NCBI GenBank assembly: GCA_040388665.1 | Contig: JAZKBL010000012.1 | Coordinates: forward strand, 67,390 to 131,389 | Source: Chlamydiota bacterium | GTDB lineage: Bacteria > Chlamydiota > Chlamydiia > Chlamydiales > Rhabdochlamydiaceae | Direction of reading: 5' to 3' | DNA length: 64,000 nt | Shown here: one piece after another, positions 54,187 through 63,754 of the stretch | Numbering within the stretch: position 1 is the stretch's first letter | Layout of the letters: each line of letters begins with the position of its first letter | Translations under genes and position numbers: made by a program | Notes under the pieces: generated by a model | What the model saw: only the letters and a program-made list of their open reading frames with translations | Database searches by the model: none | What the model was told of the DNA's origin: nothing

Positions 54187-54420
54187 CTACAGTTCATTTT
54201 CTGGAGCAGGAGGCTCTTTATGCTCTGGAAGCGCCTCTAGAGGCTTTTTTTGGAAAAAACTAGTCCCAATTTTTGTCGCTTTATTAAGGATTGGTGTTTG
54301 ATTTCCGGAAGAAATAATTGTAGCATCAAATTTTTTACGAGTTACTTTTTCCTCACAGCACTTCTTGAACTTTTTGCCAGACCCGCAAGGGCAAGGATCG
54401 TTACGGCCTACTTTATGCAT
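54187..54420 (-). CDS. SEC-C metal-binding motif protein
   Basis: '[18 protein letters not shown]' at the N-terminus. Start trimmed to ATG 54420. Confidence 0.7.
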   Translation of the reverse strand: MHKVGRNDPCPCGSGKKFKKCCEEKVTRKKFDATIISSGNQTPILNKATKIGTSFFQKKPLEALPEHKEPPAPENEL

Positions 54421-54511
54421 TACAACCTCGAGGTTAAGGAGAAAAAGATACACCTTGAAAGCTTTTTAATAAAGGAATAAACTCTTACACGATATAACGC
54501 ATTAAATATTT

Positions 54512-55258
54512 ATGAATATAATACTTCCCATTGCGCGTCCGCCATGGACAGGTCTTGGCAAAAGACTAGAAAGCTTGTGTCGCAAGGCTCTTTACGATTT
54601 CAACTTGCTTGAAGGCGTTTCTAAAATTACCGTTGCTTTAAGTGGTGGCAAGGACAGCCTTACACTTCTTTTTTTATTGAAAGCGATTTCAGGAAAGGGC
54701 TTTCCTGAATTGGAAATTCATGCAGTGCATGTAGGCGGCGCATTTTCTTGCGGAGCTGGAATTAGCGAAAAATTTTTAGAAGACATTTGTAAAGAACTTG
54801 GTGTTAATTTCATCACATGCACGTCAACGCAAAAAAGAGAAACGCTTGCCTGTTATAGTTGCTCTAGAGAAAGAAGGCGTTTAATTTTTGAAGCTGCTAA
54901 AAGTGTGGGCTCTACAACGATTGCATTTGGACATCACCGCGATGACAGCGTGCAAACGCTTCTGATGAATCTTCTTCACAAAGGGGAATTTGCAGCAAAT
55001 CTTCCTAAAGTCCCGATGCATGATTACGGAATCACGATCATTCGTCCTCTTATTCTTGTCAGCGAAAACGAGATCCGAGAATTTGCACGCAACCACGGAT
55101 TTGCACGTATTCTTTGCCAATGTCCCGTCGGACAAAACTCGATGCGCAAACAAGTGGAATCTCTTCTAAAGGAAATGGAAGCGCTTTTTCCTAACGCAAG
55201 ACAGAATCTCAGCACAGCAGGGCTTAACTACGGATCGCAAAAAGCCCTATTGAAATAA
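54512..55258 (+). CDS. ttcA: PP-loop ATPase, TtcA-like tRNA 2-thiocytidine biosynthesis protein
   Basis: 'ALSGGKDSLTLL' PP-loop. 'CYSCSRERRRLIF' and 'CQCP' Cys clusters. Confidence 0.75.
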   Translation: MNIILPIARPPWTGLGKRLESLCRKALYDFNLLEGVSKITVALSGGKDSLTLLFLLKAISGKGFPELEIHAVHVGGAFSCGAGISEKFLEDICKELGVNFITCTSTQKRETLACYSCSRERRRLIFEAAKSVGSTTIAFGHHRDDSVQTLLMNLLHKGEFAANLPKVPMHDYGITIIRPLILVSENEIREFARNHGFARILCQCPVGQNSMRKQVESLLKEMEALFPNARQNLSTAGLNYGSQKALLK

Positions 55259-55295
55259 CTTGATATTTAGCTAACGGACTGTCATAAATAGAATT

Positions 55296-56732
55296 ATGTA
55301 TATCTATGAACTCTCAGCAATCGTTATCTATCTTGCTATTCTATTAGGGATAGGTTACTTCTCTTATCAAAAACACTTATCTGCTGCAGATTTTATCATC
55401 GGAAGCAGATCCTTAAACTATTGGTTAACGGCACTTGCTGCGCATGCAAGCGATATGAGCAGCTGGCTCTTTATGGGATACCCTGCACTTATTTTAACCA
55501 AAGGCATGCCCGGTGCTTGGGCAGGCATTGGTCTTATTTGCGGCATGTACTTAAATTGGCAGTTCATTGCCCCTAAAATTCGTGTAGCAACAGAGCAGTT
55601 CAACAGCCTTACATTTTCTTCATTTTTTGAAAGTAGACTTGCTGACACAAGCGGCCTTATCCGGATTTTTACCGCAGTCATTCTCGTCTTCTTTTATACG
55701 ACATACATTTCTTCTGGGCTTGTAGGCCTTGGATTACTTCTTGAAACGCTCTTTAATCTCGATTATACAATCGGCATTTTGATAGGAATTCTTGTAGTTG
55801 TTCCTTACGTGTTTACAGGAGGCTACGTCACTCTTGCCTGGATCGATTTATTCCAGGGGATATTCCTCATGTGCGTTGTGATTTTTGTCCCTTTTTATGT
55901 CTTACCTCAGATCGGTGGCTTTGCAGGAGTCTCGCAAGCAATGCAAGTAAAAGCGTTATCCACCTCATTGCTCCCCGATTTTTCTGCCATGTCTTTACTG
56001 GCTATTGTCTTTACAGCGGCAAGCTGGGGCCTTGGCTACTTTGGCCAGCCTCACATTATCACCAAGTTTATGGGAATCAAAAATGTTCATGAAATGCCAA
56101 AATCTAAGTATGTTGGTATGACATGGATGGTTCTTTCTTTAAGCGCCGCCACTCTCGTTGGGCTGGTGGGTATCGCTTTCTTTAAAACAGACCTTCACGA
56201 CTCTGAGCAGGTATTTATTCAAATGGTGCGGCAAGTATTCCCTCCTTTTGTCATAGGGTTTATTCTTTGCGCTGTTCTTGCTGCCACAATTAATGCAATG
56301 AGCTCTCAAGTGCTTGTCCTCTCCTCTAGTTTAACAGAGGATTTTTACAAGCGTTTGATCCGAAAAAATGCGACATCCAAGGAATTGCTTCTCGTTTCGC
56401 GTCTAGGTGTTGTCGTTGTCTCTTTTGTTGCCTTTGTGATCGCTTATGGACAATTTAGTACCATTTACACATTGGTTCTTTACGCTTGGTCAGGGCTTGG
56501 CTCTTCTTTTGGACCGCTACTTATCCTTTCTCTCTACTCAAAACAAGTCAATAAATACGGAGCTTGGGCAGGTGTTCTTTCCGGAGGAATTATGGCGGCC
56601 ACCTGGCCTTATTTTAATAAATTTTTTACATTACAAATCCCTGCCATGATTATGGGCTTTAGTTTAGGGATGATCGCCATCCTCGTCGTATCAAGGCTCA
56701 CGAGACACAAAGTCTTTCAGAAAATGAGTTAA
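55296..56732 (+). CDS. putP: sodium:solute symporter family, proline symporter-like
   Basis: 478 aa with about 13 TM segments. SSS-family pattern: 'GSRSLNYWLTALAAHASDMSSWLFMG' and 'GQPHIITKFMGI'. Confidence 0.8.
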   Translation: MYIYELSAIVIYLAILLGIGYFSYQKHLSAADFIIGSRSLNYWLTALAAHASDMSSWLFMGYPALILTKGMPGAWAGIGLICGMYLNWQFIAPKIRVATEQFNSLTFSSFFESRLADTSGLIRIFTAVILVFFYTTYISSGLVGLGLLLETLFNLDYTIGILIGILVVVPYVFTGGYVTLAWIDLFQGIFLMCVVIFVPFYVLPQIGGFAGVSQAMQVKALSTSLLPDFSAMSLLAIVFTAASWGLGYFGQPHIITKFMGIKNVHEMPKSKYVGMTWMVLSLSAATLVGLVGIAFFKTDLHDSEQVFIQMVRQVFPPFVIGFILCAVLAATINAMSSQVLVLSSSLTEDFYKRLIRKNATSKELLLVSRLGVVVVSFVAFVIAYGQFSTIYTLVLYAWSGLGSSFGPLLILSLYSKQVNKYGAWAGVLSGGIMAATWPYFNKFFTLQIPAMIMGFSLGMIAILVVSRLTRHKVFQKMS

Positions 56733-56750
56733 ACTAGTACACTCTACCTC

Positions 56751-56915
56751 ATGAGCCTATCCCACTATTCTAAGAATTCGCTTTTTGCGTCTTTTTTCCT
56801 ATTTTTCAGAGCTTCTTTTCGGTCTACTTGTTCAAGTATGTCTCGCAAAGAAGTTCTGAAAAATAGAAAAGAATCCATCAAAAATCAAAATCTTGAAATA
56901 GTGGGATAGGCTCAT
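56751..56915. repeat. 165-bp imperfect palindromic element between putP and surE
   Basis: Termini atgagcctatcccactatt (56751-56769) / aatagtgggataggctcat (56897-56915). Inner arms ttttcctatttttcagagcttcttt / aaagaagttctgaaaaatagaaaa. The terminal 16-mer also occurs at 213-228. Confidence 0.75.
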
Positions 56916-57690
56916 GACAAAAAAACCTCGTATTTTGATTATTAATGATGATGGGATCCATGCTCCTGGACTAAAACACCTATGGAATGCTGTATCTACG
57001 ATTGGCGATGTGAGCATCGTAGCGCCAGCTAGTGAAAAATCAGGCGTTGGAGTTTCGATCACACTGTATTCGCCTCTTCACATAGAGTCTGTTACCTGGG
57101 AAAAAAACACTCCTGCATGGAAAGTCACAGGAACTCCTGCGGACTGCGTGCGTATGGCTGTAAGTGTCGTCCTCAAAGATAAACCAGACCTCATTGTATC
57201 AGGAATCAATAAAGGGTCAAATTCTGGAAAAACAGCTCTTTTTAGCGGCACTGTAGGCGGTGTCATTGAAGGCGTCTTGCGCGGCATCCCAGGAATTGCG
57301 TTTTCTTGCGAAGATTTCCAAAATCCAGATTATGCTGCAACCGAAAAGCACATTTCACAGATTGTGGATCATCTTCTAGAACATCCGACGACAAAAGGAA
57401 CTTTCCTTAATGTCAACTTTCCAGACAAAAAAGAGTTCAAAGGACTCAAACTCGCTAGACAAGGTCGTGGATATTGGATCGAAGATCCTGAAGCACGAGA
57501 GCACCCTGATGGCCACACGTATTATTGGCTTGGTGGTCAGTGGGGACATCATGAAGAGCATGATGACAGCGATGTCAAACTTCTTTCTGAAGGATATATT
57601 ACAGCTGTGCCGATCCATGTAGAAGAACTCACCGATCACACTTTCTTAAACTCCAGAAAACACCTTTTTGAGAACCTATTTACCCTTTAA
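56914..57690 (+). CDS. surE: 5'/3'-nucleotidase SurE
   Basis: 'ILIINDDGIHAPGL', 'SGINKGSN', 'SGTVGG'. Confidence 0.95.
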   Translation: MTKKPRILIINDDGIHAPGLKHLWNAVSTIGDVSIVAPASEKSGVGVSITLYSPLHIESVTWEKNTPAWKVTGTPADCVRMAVSVVLKDKPDLIVSGINKGSNSGKTALFSGTVGGVIEGVLRGIPGIAFSCEDFQNPDYAATEKHISQIVDHLLEHPTTKGTFLNVNFPDKKEFKGLKLARQGRGYWIEDPEAREHPDGHTYYWLGGQWGHHEEHDDSDVKLLSEGYITAVPIHVEELTDHTFLNSRKHLFENLFTL

Positions 57691-58083
57691 GAGTTGCCTG
57701 GTAAAGTTTTTTTCGAAAACATCTAGACGCAACAAGGCTTCGTGCTGAGCCTCTTCAATAAGAACTCTACCTCCCTCAAGAGCATAAATCCTTTGAAGCT
57801 CTGCACGTAACGCTTCACTCTGAAGACCCTCGTACAAACTGCCATCTTCTGGATGATTCGCTTGATATACGCGGGCCTCCACCACAAGATCAACAAGATT
57901 TTCAAATTCTTTTTTTAAATGAGGCATTACTTTTACAAGCTCTTCTCTAGAATGCACTTGTTGAAATTCTTTTACCAATTTTCGGCAAAGCGCATCTCCT
58001 TCCTTCTGATAATCCTCTAAAGAATTAGGCGCACAGCTACTAAGACACAGCAAAATACAGCATAATCTTTTCAACCTAAACAC
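57676..58083 (-). CDS. hypothetical lipoprotein
   Basis: Lipobox 'LLCLSSC'. Helical remainder. Confidence 0.5.
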   Translation of the reverse strand: MFRLKRLCCILLCLSSCAPNSLEDYQKEGDALCRKLVKEFQQVHSREELVKVMPHLKKEFENLVDLVVEARVYQANHPEDGSLYEGLQSEALRAELQRIYALEGGRVLIEEAQHEALLRLDVFEKNFTRQLLKGK

Positions 58084-58628
58084 TCCAAAGAGAGATCTTC
58101 GATCGGATAAGACTTCCAGTCTGCATCATCAAAATGCCACCATTCTGTAGGCAACCCGATAAAGCCTTCTTCTGCCATCATCATTTCTAAAAGATTCCGA
58201 TTTTTAAGCGCTTCTTCAGGGAGATCCATACAGCTCCGATGCGCTTTTTCTGAAAACGTATCAAATAAGGTCGGCATTATAAGCTCTTTACCATACGCAT
58301 CTACAAGAGTAACGTCTACAGCAGCTCCTCGATTATGCTTAGAACCGGTCGCTGGATTAGCGATATATCGATTATCTGGCAAAAGATCCCAAAAAAGTTT
58401 TTGCACACTAAGAGGCCTATACCCATCCCAAACCTTCAAGCCAAGCTCTCTCTTTTCAAGATGCTCTTGGATACGATGTAGTTTTTCAGCAACCTTCTTA
58501 CGCACATAACACTTGGAAACAGGATAAAGCGCTTTCCCCATAAAGTTATCGTCTGTCGCATAACGAATATCCATCAAAATACGAGGGGAAACTTTCGCGA
58601 GTTCGACAAATTCCATTTCTAATTCCAT
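58071..58628 (-). CDS. ddpX: D-alanyl-D-alanine dipeptidase (VanX/DdpX, peptidase M15D)
   Basis: 'YATDDNFMGKALY', 'DGYRP', 'SKHNRGAAVDVTL', 'EWWHF'. Start trimmed to ATG 58628, which follows an AGGAG RBS. Confidence 0.85.
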   Translation of the reverse strand: MELEMEFVELAKVSPRILMDIRYATDDNFMGKALYPVSKCYVRKKVAEKLHRIQEHLEKRELGLKVWDGYRPLSVQKLFWDLLPDNRYIANPATGSKHNRGAAVDVTLVDAYGKELIMPTLFDTFSEKAHRSCMDLPEEALKNRNLLEMMMAEEGFIGLPTEWWHFDDADWKSYPIEDLSLECLG

Positions 58629-58735
58629 AGAGGTCTCCTTTGTATACACAATACGAGATTTTTTTTCTCGCAGCAAGTGATCATTTTGCATTGCTTAAAT
58701 TCGTGCGGTATTGTATATTATGTACTTCATTGTTA

Positions 58736-58808
58736 GGGCGTATAGCTCAGTTGGTAGAGCTCCTGTCTTACACACAGGTGGTCATAGGTTCGAGTCCTTT
58801 TGCGCCCA
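58736..58808 (+). tRNA. tRNA-Val (anticodon TAC)
   Basis: GGGCGTA acceptor, D-arm GCTC-AGTTGGTA-GAGC, anticodon arm CCTGT-CTTACAC-ACAGG, T-loop TTCGAGT, TGCGCCC-A. Confidence 0.9.
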
Positions 58809-58848
58809 AGTTTACATAACGGCAAACGTAAGTTGTGCCCACTCCATT

Positions 58849-58922
58849 GCGGGAGTAGTTCAATTGGTTAGAGCACCGCCCTGTCACGGCGGAAGTTGCG
58901 GGTTCGAGCCCCGTCTCCCGCG
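58849..58922 (+). tRNA. tRNA-Asp (anticodon GTC)
   Basis: GCGGGAG acceptor, anticodon arm CCGCC-CTGTCAC-GGCGG, T-loop TTCGAGC, CTCCCGC-G. Followed by a T-run. Confidence 0.9.
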
Positions 58923-58989
58923 CATTTTTTACTGTACAACCAAACATCTTGAGTACTATCATAAAAATTGAAAACTAAGACTAGACAAT

Positions 58990-59901
58990 ATGCCCGTTGC
59001 TAAAACAAAAATGAAAATCTTTCTGCACCATGCATCCAGCTTTACATGGATTGCAATAGGAGCGTTTTTAGCGGCTGTTGCTGTGCAGATTTTTCTCCTT
59101 CCCAACCAACTTATTGACGGCGGCATTGTCGGCATCTCCCTGATTTTAGCTAGGCTTTTTGGCGAAGGCTATCTTTCCTTTTTCCTAATCGCTCTAACGA
59201 TGCCTTTCCTCTTTTTAGCCTACCGCTACATCCGCAGTACGTTCGTTATCCACATGCTAGTAGCAGTGCTGCTTTTTGCCGGTTTTCTTGCAGTGTTGCG
59301 CCTTGCACCTCCCTTCACAAGCGATCCTCTTGAAATCATCGTCTTTGGCGGCGCCATTTTAGGGATTGGCTGTGGCCTTATTATACGACATGGAGGATGT
59401 TTAGACGGCACAGAAATTTTAGCGATCATCATTAACCGTAAAAAAGGGTTCACAGTCGGGCAGGTCGTTCTATTCATCAATGTTTTCGTATTTGCAGCAT
59501 ACGGCTACCTCTTTCAGGATTGGCATATCGCTCTCCGCTCTCTTATGATGTACATTGTCGCTTTCAAAATGATTGATATCGTGATTGTTGGACTTGATGA
59601 GCTTAAATCTGTTATGATCATCTCATCGTCTCCCAAAGCTCTTTCCGATGTGATCATGAATGAGCTAGGCCTAGGCCTTACCATCATGCATGGCAAAGGC
59701 GGTTTTTCTGGAACAGCAAAAGAGATCTTGTTTATCATCGTTGAACGCCTTGATCTTGCAGAACTAAAAGAAATTGTCCTTCGCGAAGATCCCATGGCCT
59801 TTATGGCCATTGAAAATCTGCACGAGGTTGTCTACGGAGATCACGCCTACCTTCCTCATAAGAAAAAACTCCGCGGTAAAGGTCTTAAAAAACCTATTTA
59901 A
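58990..59901 (+). CDS. YitT-family membrane protein (with DUF2179 C-terminal domain)
   Basis: 'IDGGIVGISLIL', 5-6 TM segments, C-terminal soluble 'LTIMHGKGGFSG...IVERLDLAELKEIV'. Confidence 0.8.
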   Translation: MPVAKTKMKIFLHHASSFTWIAIGAFLAAVAVQIFLLPNQLIDGGIVGISLILARLFGEGYLSFFLIALTMPFLFLAYRYIRSTFVIHMLVAVLLFAGFLAVLRLAPPFTSDPLEIIVFGGAILGIGCGLIIRHGGCLDGTEILAIIINRKKGFTVGQVVLFINVFVFAAYGYLFQDWHIALRSLMMYIVAFKMIDIVIVGLDELKSVMIISSSPKALSDVIMNELGLGLTIMHGKGGFSGTAKEILFIIVERLDLAELKEIVLREDPMAFMAIENLHEVVYGDHAYLPHKKKLRGKGLKKPI

Positions 59902-60779
59902 ACATGTACAGCATTTATCTTCATGAGCTGCTTGAGATATGTGCCGTATTCGCTTTTGGAGTGCTGAAAGACAAGGCGTGCAAATTGCTCCTCATTGATA
60001 AATCCCATATTTAAAGCAATTTCTTCTAGACAGGCAATCTTGATCCCCTGCCTTTCTTGAATCGTCTGAACGTAATTGGACGCTTTGTGAAGCGCATCGT
60101 GGGTGCCAGTGTCAAGCCACGCAAATCCGCGCCCAAGAAGACGCACCTCAAGATCACCTCTACGAAGATAGCTCAAATTCACATCTGTGATCTCAAGCTC
60201 ACCTCGCTTTGAAGGTTTTAAAGACTTGGCAATTTCAATAGCATCGTTGTCGTAAAAATAAAGTCCCGTTACAGCGTAAGATGTTGGAGGTATTTCTGGT
60301 TTTTCGATGATGTCTAACACTTTACCTGTAGGATCAAAATCAATCACGCCATAGCGCTCAGGATCTTTTACTTCATAACCAAAAATCGTAGCTCCTGTAC
60401 TCGAAGAAAGAGGCGACGCCATTAAGGATTTAAGATCATGGCCGTAAAAAATGTTATCTCCAAGAATCAAAGCCATGCAGTCCCCTTTTACAAAGGAGTC
60501 TGCCAAAATGAGCGCCTGAGCGATTCCTTCAGGAGCCTCTTGAGCTATATAAGAAAAAGAAAGCCCAAGATGCGCACCATCGCCAAAAAGACTATGAAAA
60601 CGGGGAAGGTCTTCTGGTGTTGAAATGATCAGTATCTCTTGAATTCCTGCATACATGAGTGTCGCAAGCGGATAATAAATCATCGGCTTATCAAAAACAG
60701 GAAGAAGTTGTTTACAAACTACCTGTGTCACAGGAAAAAGGCGCGTCCCTCTTCCTCCAGCTAAAATAATTCCTTTCAC
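59898..60779 (-). CDS. rfbA: glucose-1-phosphate thymidylyltransferase
   Basis: 'KGIILAGGRGTRLFPVT', 'KPMIYYPL', 'LGDNIFYG', 'EITDVN'. Confidence 0.95.
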   Translation of the reverse strand: MKGIILAGGRGTRLFPVTQVVCKQLLPVFDKPMIYYPLATLMYAGIQEILIISTPEDLPRFHSLFGDGAHLGLSFSYIAQEAPEGIAQALILADSFVKGDCMALILGDNIFYGHDLKSLMASPLSSSTGATIFGYEVKDPERYGVIDFDPTGKVLDIIEKPEIPPTSYAVTGLYFYDNDAIEIAKSLKPSKRGELEITDVNLSYLRRGDLEVRLLGRGFAWLDTGTHDALHKASNYVQTIQERQGIKIACLEEIALNMGFINEEQFARLVFQHSKSEYGTYLKQLMKINAVHV

Positions 60780-61306
60780 AGATTAGCCATTGTGTAGATC
60801 CCCGGAAGTCCACGATAATGTTCTTTGTAATCAAGACCATATCCTACAACAAAACGGTTTTCTATTTCAAAAAGAACGTAATCGGGCGTGTAATTCACTG
60901 TGCGTTCCACTTTTTTAGAAAGAAGAACAAGTGACTTAAGAGTTATTGGCTGCAGCTTTTTAAACTGATTGACGATCTCAGTAAGCGTTGTTCCTGAATC
61001 AAAAATATCATCCACAACAAGCACATTTTTTCCAGTGACATTCATCGCTTCTAGACCCGTAATGATAAGATCTCCTCGCTCTACCCCTCGAGCACCATAG
61101 CTACTTCCACGTACAAATTCTAAAGAACATGGAGAAGAAAGGTGGCGAATGAGATCAGCCACAAGACAAATGGCGCCTTTCATCACAATGACAATGACAA
61201 TTTCTTGCCCTGCGTAATCATGATCAAGCTGTTTAGCAACAGAAGAGATTTTTTTCAAAATCTCTTCTTCAGAAATTACGACTTCAAGCTTATCCCTTGT
61301 TTCCAT
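60776..61306 (-). CDS. hpt: hypoxanthine phosphoribosyltransferase
   Basis: PRPP motif 'VLVVDDIFDSGTTL'. 'VVGYGLDY'. About 176 aa. Confidence 0.9.
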   Translation of the reverse strand: METRDKLEVVISEEEILKKISSVAKQLDHDYAGQEIVIVIVMKGAICLVADLIRHLSSPCSLEFVRGSSYGARGVERGDLIITGLEAMNVTGKNVLVVDDIFDSGTTLTEIVNQFKKLQPITLKSLVLLSKKVERTVNYTPDYVLFEIENRFVVGYGLDYKEHYRGLPGIYTMANL

Positions 61307-62657
61307 GGAAAGTACAGCCTTCCGCGAGGAGTTGGTCGATATAATTAATGAAATAATCTGAGTTCAAAAATCTAGGGTCTTCAAGCATATGAAGATGAAA
61401 AGGAATAGTCGAATGAACTCCACCAATATGAAACTCTTTTAATGCGCGTTTTGTAACAGCAATCGCCTCTTCTCTATCTTTGCCTCGCACGATCAGCTTA
61501 GCAATCATTGAGTCATAATTAGGGGGAATTCTATACCCGGAATAGCAAGCGCTATCAACGCGGACATGCGGTCCGCCAGGCGGAATATAATACTCAAGGT
61601 TGCCAGGAGATGGAGCAAAATTGCGCGCTGGATCTTCAGCATTAATCCTGCATTGAATAATGTGTCCAGTAAATGTAATATCTTTCTGCTTGAACTTGAG
61701 CTTCTCACCCATTGCAATTTTAATCTGCTCTCGAACAAGATCAATCCCTGTTAACTCTTCTGTTACCGTATGCTCTACTTGGATACGCGTATTCACTTCC
61801 ATGAAATAAAAGCGCTTCTCTTCATCAAGAAGGAATTCAACTGTTCCTACAGAGTAATAGCCGGCAGCACGCACAATATTAACAGCACTTTCCCCTATCT
61901 TTTTGCGTAAAGCTTCTGTCAAAACGGGACTTGGAGCCTCTTCAATCAACTTTTGACGTCGTCTTTGAATCGTGCAATCTCTTTCTCCTAAATGGACGTA
62001 ATTTCCATACTTATCGCCCATAATTTGCACTTCAATATGCCTTGGATTGACAACCATCCGCTCTAAGTAAACGTCAGGATTGTTAAAACTTGACTCCGCT
62101 TCAGCGCGAGCTGCAGAAAATTGACGAGTAAATTCTTCTGGATCGTAGGCTATTCTAATCCCCTTCCCCCCACCTCCTGCGGACGCTTTAATAAAAACAG
62201 GAAAGCCGATTTTTTTTGCTTCTTTTAGCGCGGTATTGACATCCTCTACGATACCTTCAGAACCGGGAATAACGGGACATTTCACACTTTTTGCAGTAGC
62301 CTTAGCTTGAGCTTTGTCTCCCAAAAGTGCGATCGTAGCGGCAGATGGACCGATGAACGTAACGCCGCAACTTTCACAAATTGACGCAAAATTAGCATTC
62401 TCACTCAAAAAACCATAGCCGGGATGTATCGCATCGGCACCTGTAATTTCACAAGCAGAAAGAATGTTTGCTGTTTTTAAATAAGATTTTTGAGAAGGTG
62501 GCTCTCCTATGCAAATTGCTTCATCTGCGTGCAATACGTGCAGAGCTTCAGCATCTGCTTGAGAGTATACGGCTACAGTTTGTAGCCCTAAATCGTGACA
62601 GGCACGGATAATTCTAACAGCAATTTCGCCACGATTGGCAATAAGAACTTTGCGCAT
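61290..62657 (-). CDS. accC: acetyl-CoA carboxylase, biotin carboxylase subunit
   Basis: 'MRKVLIANRGEIAVRIIRAC', 'GGGGKGIR', 'EVNTRIQVEH'. Confidence 0.97.
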   Translation of the reverse strand: MRKVLIANRGEIAVRIIRACHDLGLQTVAVYSQADAEALHVLHADEAICIGEPPSQKSYLKTANILSACEITGADAIHPGYGFLSENANFASICESCGVTFIGPSAATIALLGDKAQAKATAKSVKCPVIPGSEGIVEDVNTALKEAKKIGFPVFIKASAGGGGKGIRIAYDPEEFTRQFSAARAEAESSFNNPDVYLERMVVNPRHIEVQIMGDKYGNYVHLGERDCTIQRRRQKLIEEAPSPVLTEALRKKIGESAVNIVRAAGYYSVGTVEFLLDEEKRFYFMEVNTRIQVEHTVTEELTGIDLVREQIKIAMGEKLKFKQKDITFTGHIIQCRINAEDPARNFAPSPGNLEYYIPPGGPHVRVDSACYSGYRIPPNYDSMIAKLIVRGKDREEAIAVTKRALKEFHIGGVHSTIPFHLHMLEDPRFLNSDYFINYIDQLLAEGCTFHGNKG

Positions 62658-62679
62658 AATAGTCTACTGATAACCTAAA

Positions 62680-63171
62680 TTAAACAATTCGGAACAATTT
62701 CGTTGCAAACTCAACCGGATGAGCATTCTCAACACAGACTTCAGCAATCTTACCGCTCACTCCAGCTTTTACTTCATTCATCACTTTCATTGCTTCGATA
62801 ATACAAAGAACTGTGTTTTCATCGACACTGTCACCCACTTTAACAAGAGGTGGATCGTCAGGAGAAGAAGTTGCGTAGAAAGTGCCCACCATCGGTGACG
62901 TCACATACTTGCCTTCAACCTTCACATCTTCTTTTGCTTTGATAGGAGATTCTTCATGATGCCTTGAAGTTACCACGGGAGCTGCCACGTGAATAGGTGC
63001 AGAAAAACGGGTTTGCGGAACATCTTCCCGAGGAGGATAAAAATGCCCCTGAGGCTGTTCATCATGCCTTTCTAAAAGAAGCTCATAACCTGTCTTCTCT
63101 TTAATACTCAGCTTTTTAATTCCCGCTCGACCCATGGCAGTCATGAGTTCTTTAATCTGTTTGAGGTCCAT
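62680..63171 (-). CDS. accB: acetyl-CoA carboxylase, biotin carboxyl carrier protein
   Basis: 'CIIEAMKVMNEV' biotinyl-lysine motif. Start trimmed to ATG 63171 (MDLKQIKELM) to remove the overlap with efp. Confidence 0.9.
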   Translation of the reverse strand: MDLKQIKELMTAMGRAGIKKLSIKEKTGYELLLERHDEQPQGHFYPPREDVPQTRFSAPIHVAAPVVTSRHHEESPIKAKEDVKVEGKYVTSPMVGTFYATSSPDDPPLVKVGDSVDENTVLCIIEAMKVMNEVKAGVSGKIAEVCVENAHPVEFATKLFRIV

Positions 63172-63175
63172 AAAA

Positions 63176-63733
63176 TTACACTCTTTGAATATATTCGTTT
63201 GTTTGCGTATCGATTTTGACAATGTCGCCAGACTCAACAAAAAGCGGAACCTCAATGCGGGCTCCTGTCTCGAGAATTGCGATTTTAGTTGCATCAGCAA
63301 CGTGGGCGGCATCATCGCTTTCTTCTGTCTTAACAACCATTAGCTCAAGAAACTGAGGCAATTCTACGGAAAAAATTGCAGATCCGTAAAACATGGATTT
63401 CAGCTCGATACCTTCTTTAAGATAATGAACTTTATCACCAATGACCTCTTTGGGCACAACGACTTGGTCAAGGTTGCCAATATCTAAAAAGAGATAATCC
63501 TTGCCTTCTAAATAAAGGTACTCAAGACGACGTTCTGTTAAAGTAACATCTTCAACTTCTTGCTGCAGCTTAAAATTCTTCTCAACAAGCTCATCTGTCA
63601 CCAAATTTTTGAGCTTTGTCTTAATGAAAGGAACTCCTTTCGCAACAGTGACTTTTACGCTTGATTCCACTCGAAAGATTTTACCATCAATACAGATAGT
63701 CATTCCTGGAGTGATTTGATTGCTTGTAATCAT
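63176..63733 (-). CDS. efp: elongation factor P
   Basis: 185 aa. 'KVTVAKGVPFIKTKLKN', OB-domain layout, 'GARIEVPLFV..GD.VKIDT'. Confidence 0.95.
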   Translation of the reverse strand: MITSNQITPGMTICIDGKIFRVESSVKVTVAKGVPFIKTKLKNLVTDELVEKNFKLQQEVEDVTLTERRLEYLYLEGKDYLFLDIGNLDQVVVPKEVIGDKVHYLKEGIELKSMFYGSAIFSVELPQFLELMVVKTEESDDAAHVADATKIAILETGARIEVPLFVESGDIVKIDTQTNEYIQRV

Positions 63734-63754
63734 TAATTTCTACCGCTATTTAAA

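Noticed and set aside
58711-58971. 86-aa (+) and 64-aa (-) ORFs (58711-58971, 58768-58962).
   Set aside because: Both overlap tRNA-Val and tRNA-Asp. No coding signal is independent of the tRNA sequences.
62680-63336. 218-aa version of the accB ORF with a 55-aa N-terminal extension.
   Set aside because: The extension overlaps the 3' end of efp and has no BCCP similarity. ATG 63171 (MDLKQIKELM) is the natural BCCP N-terminus.
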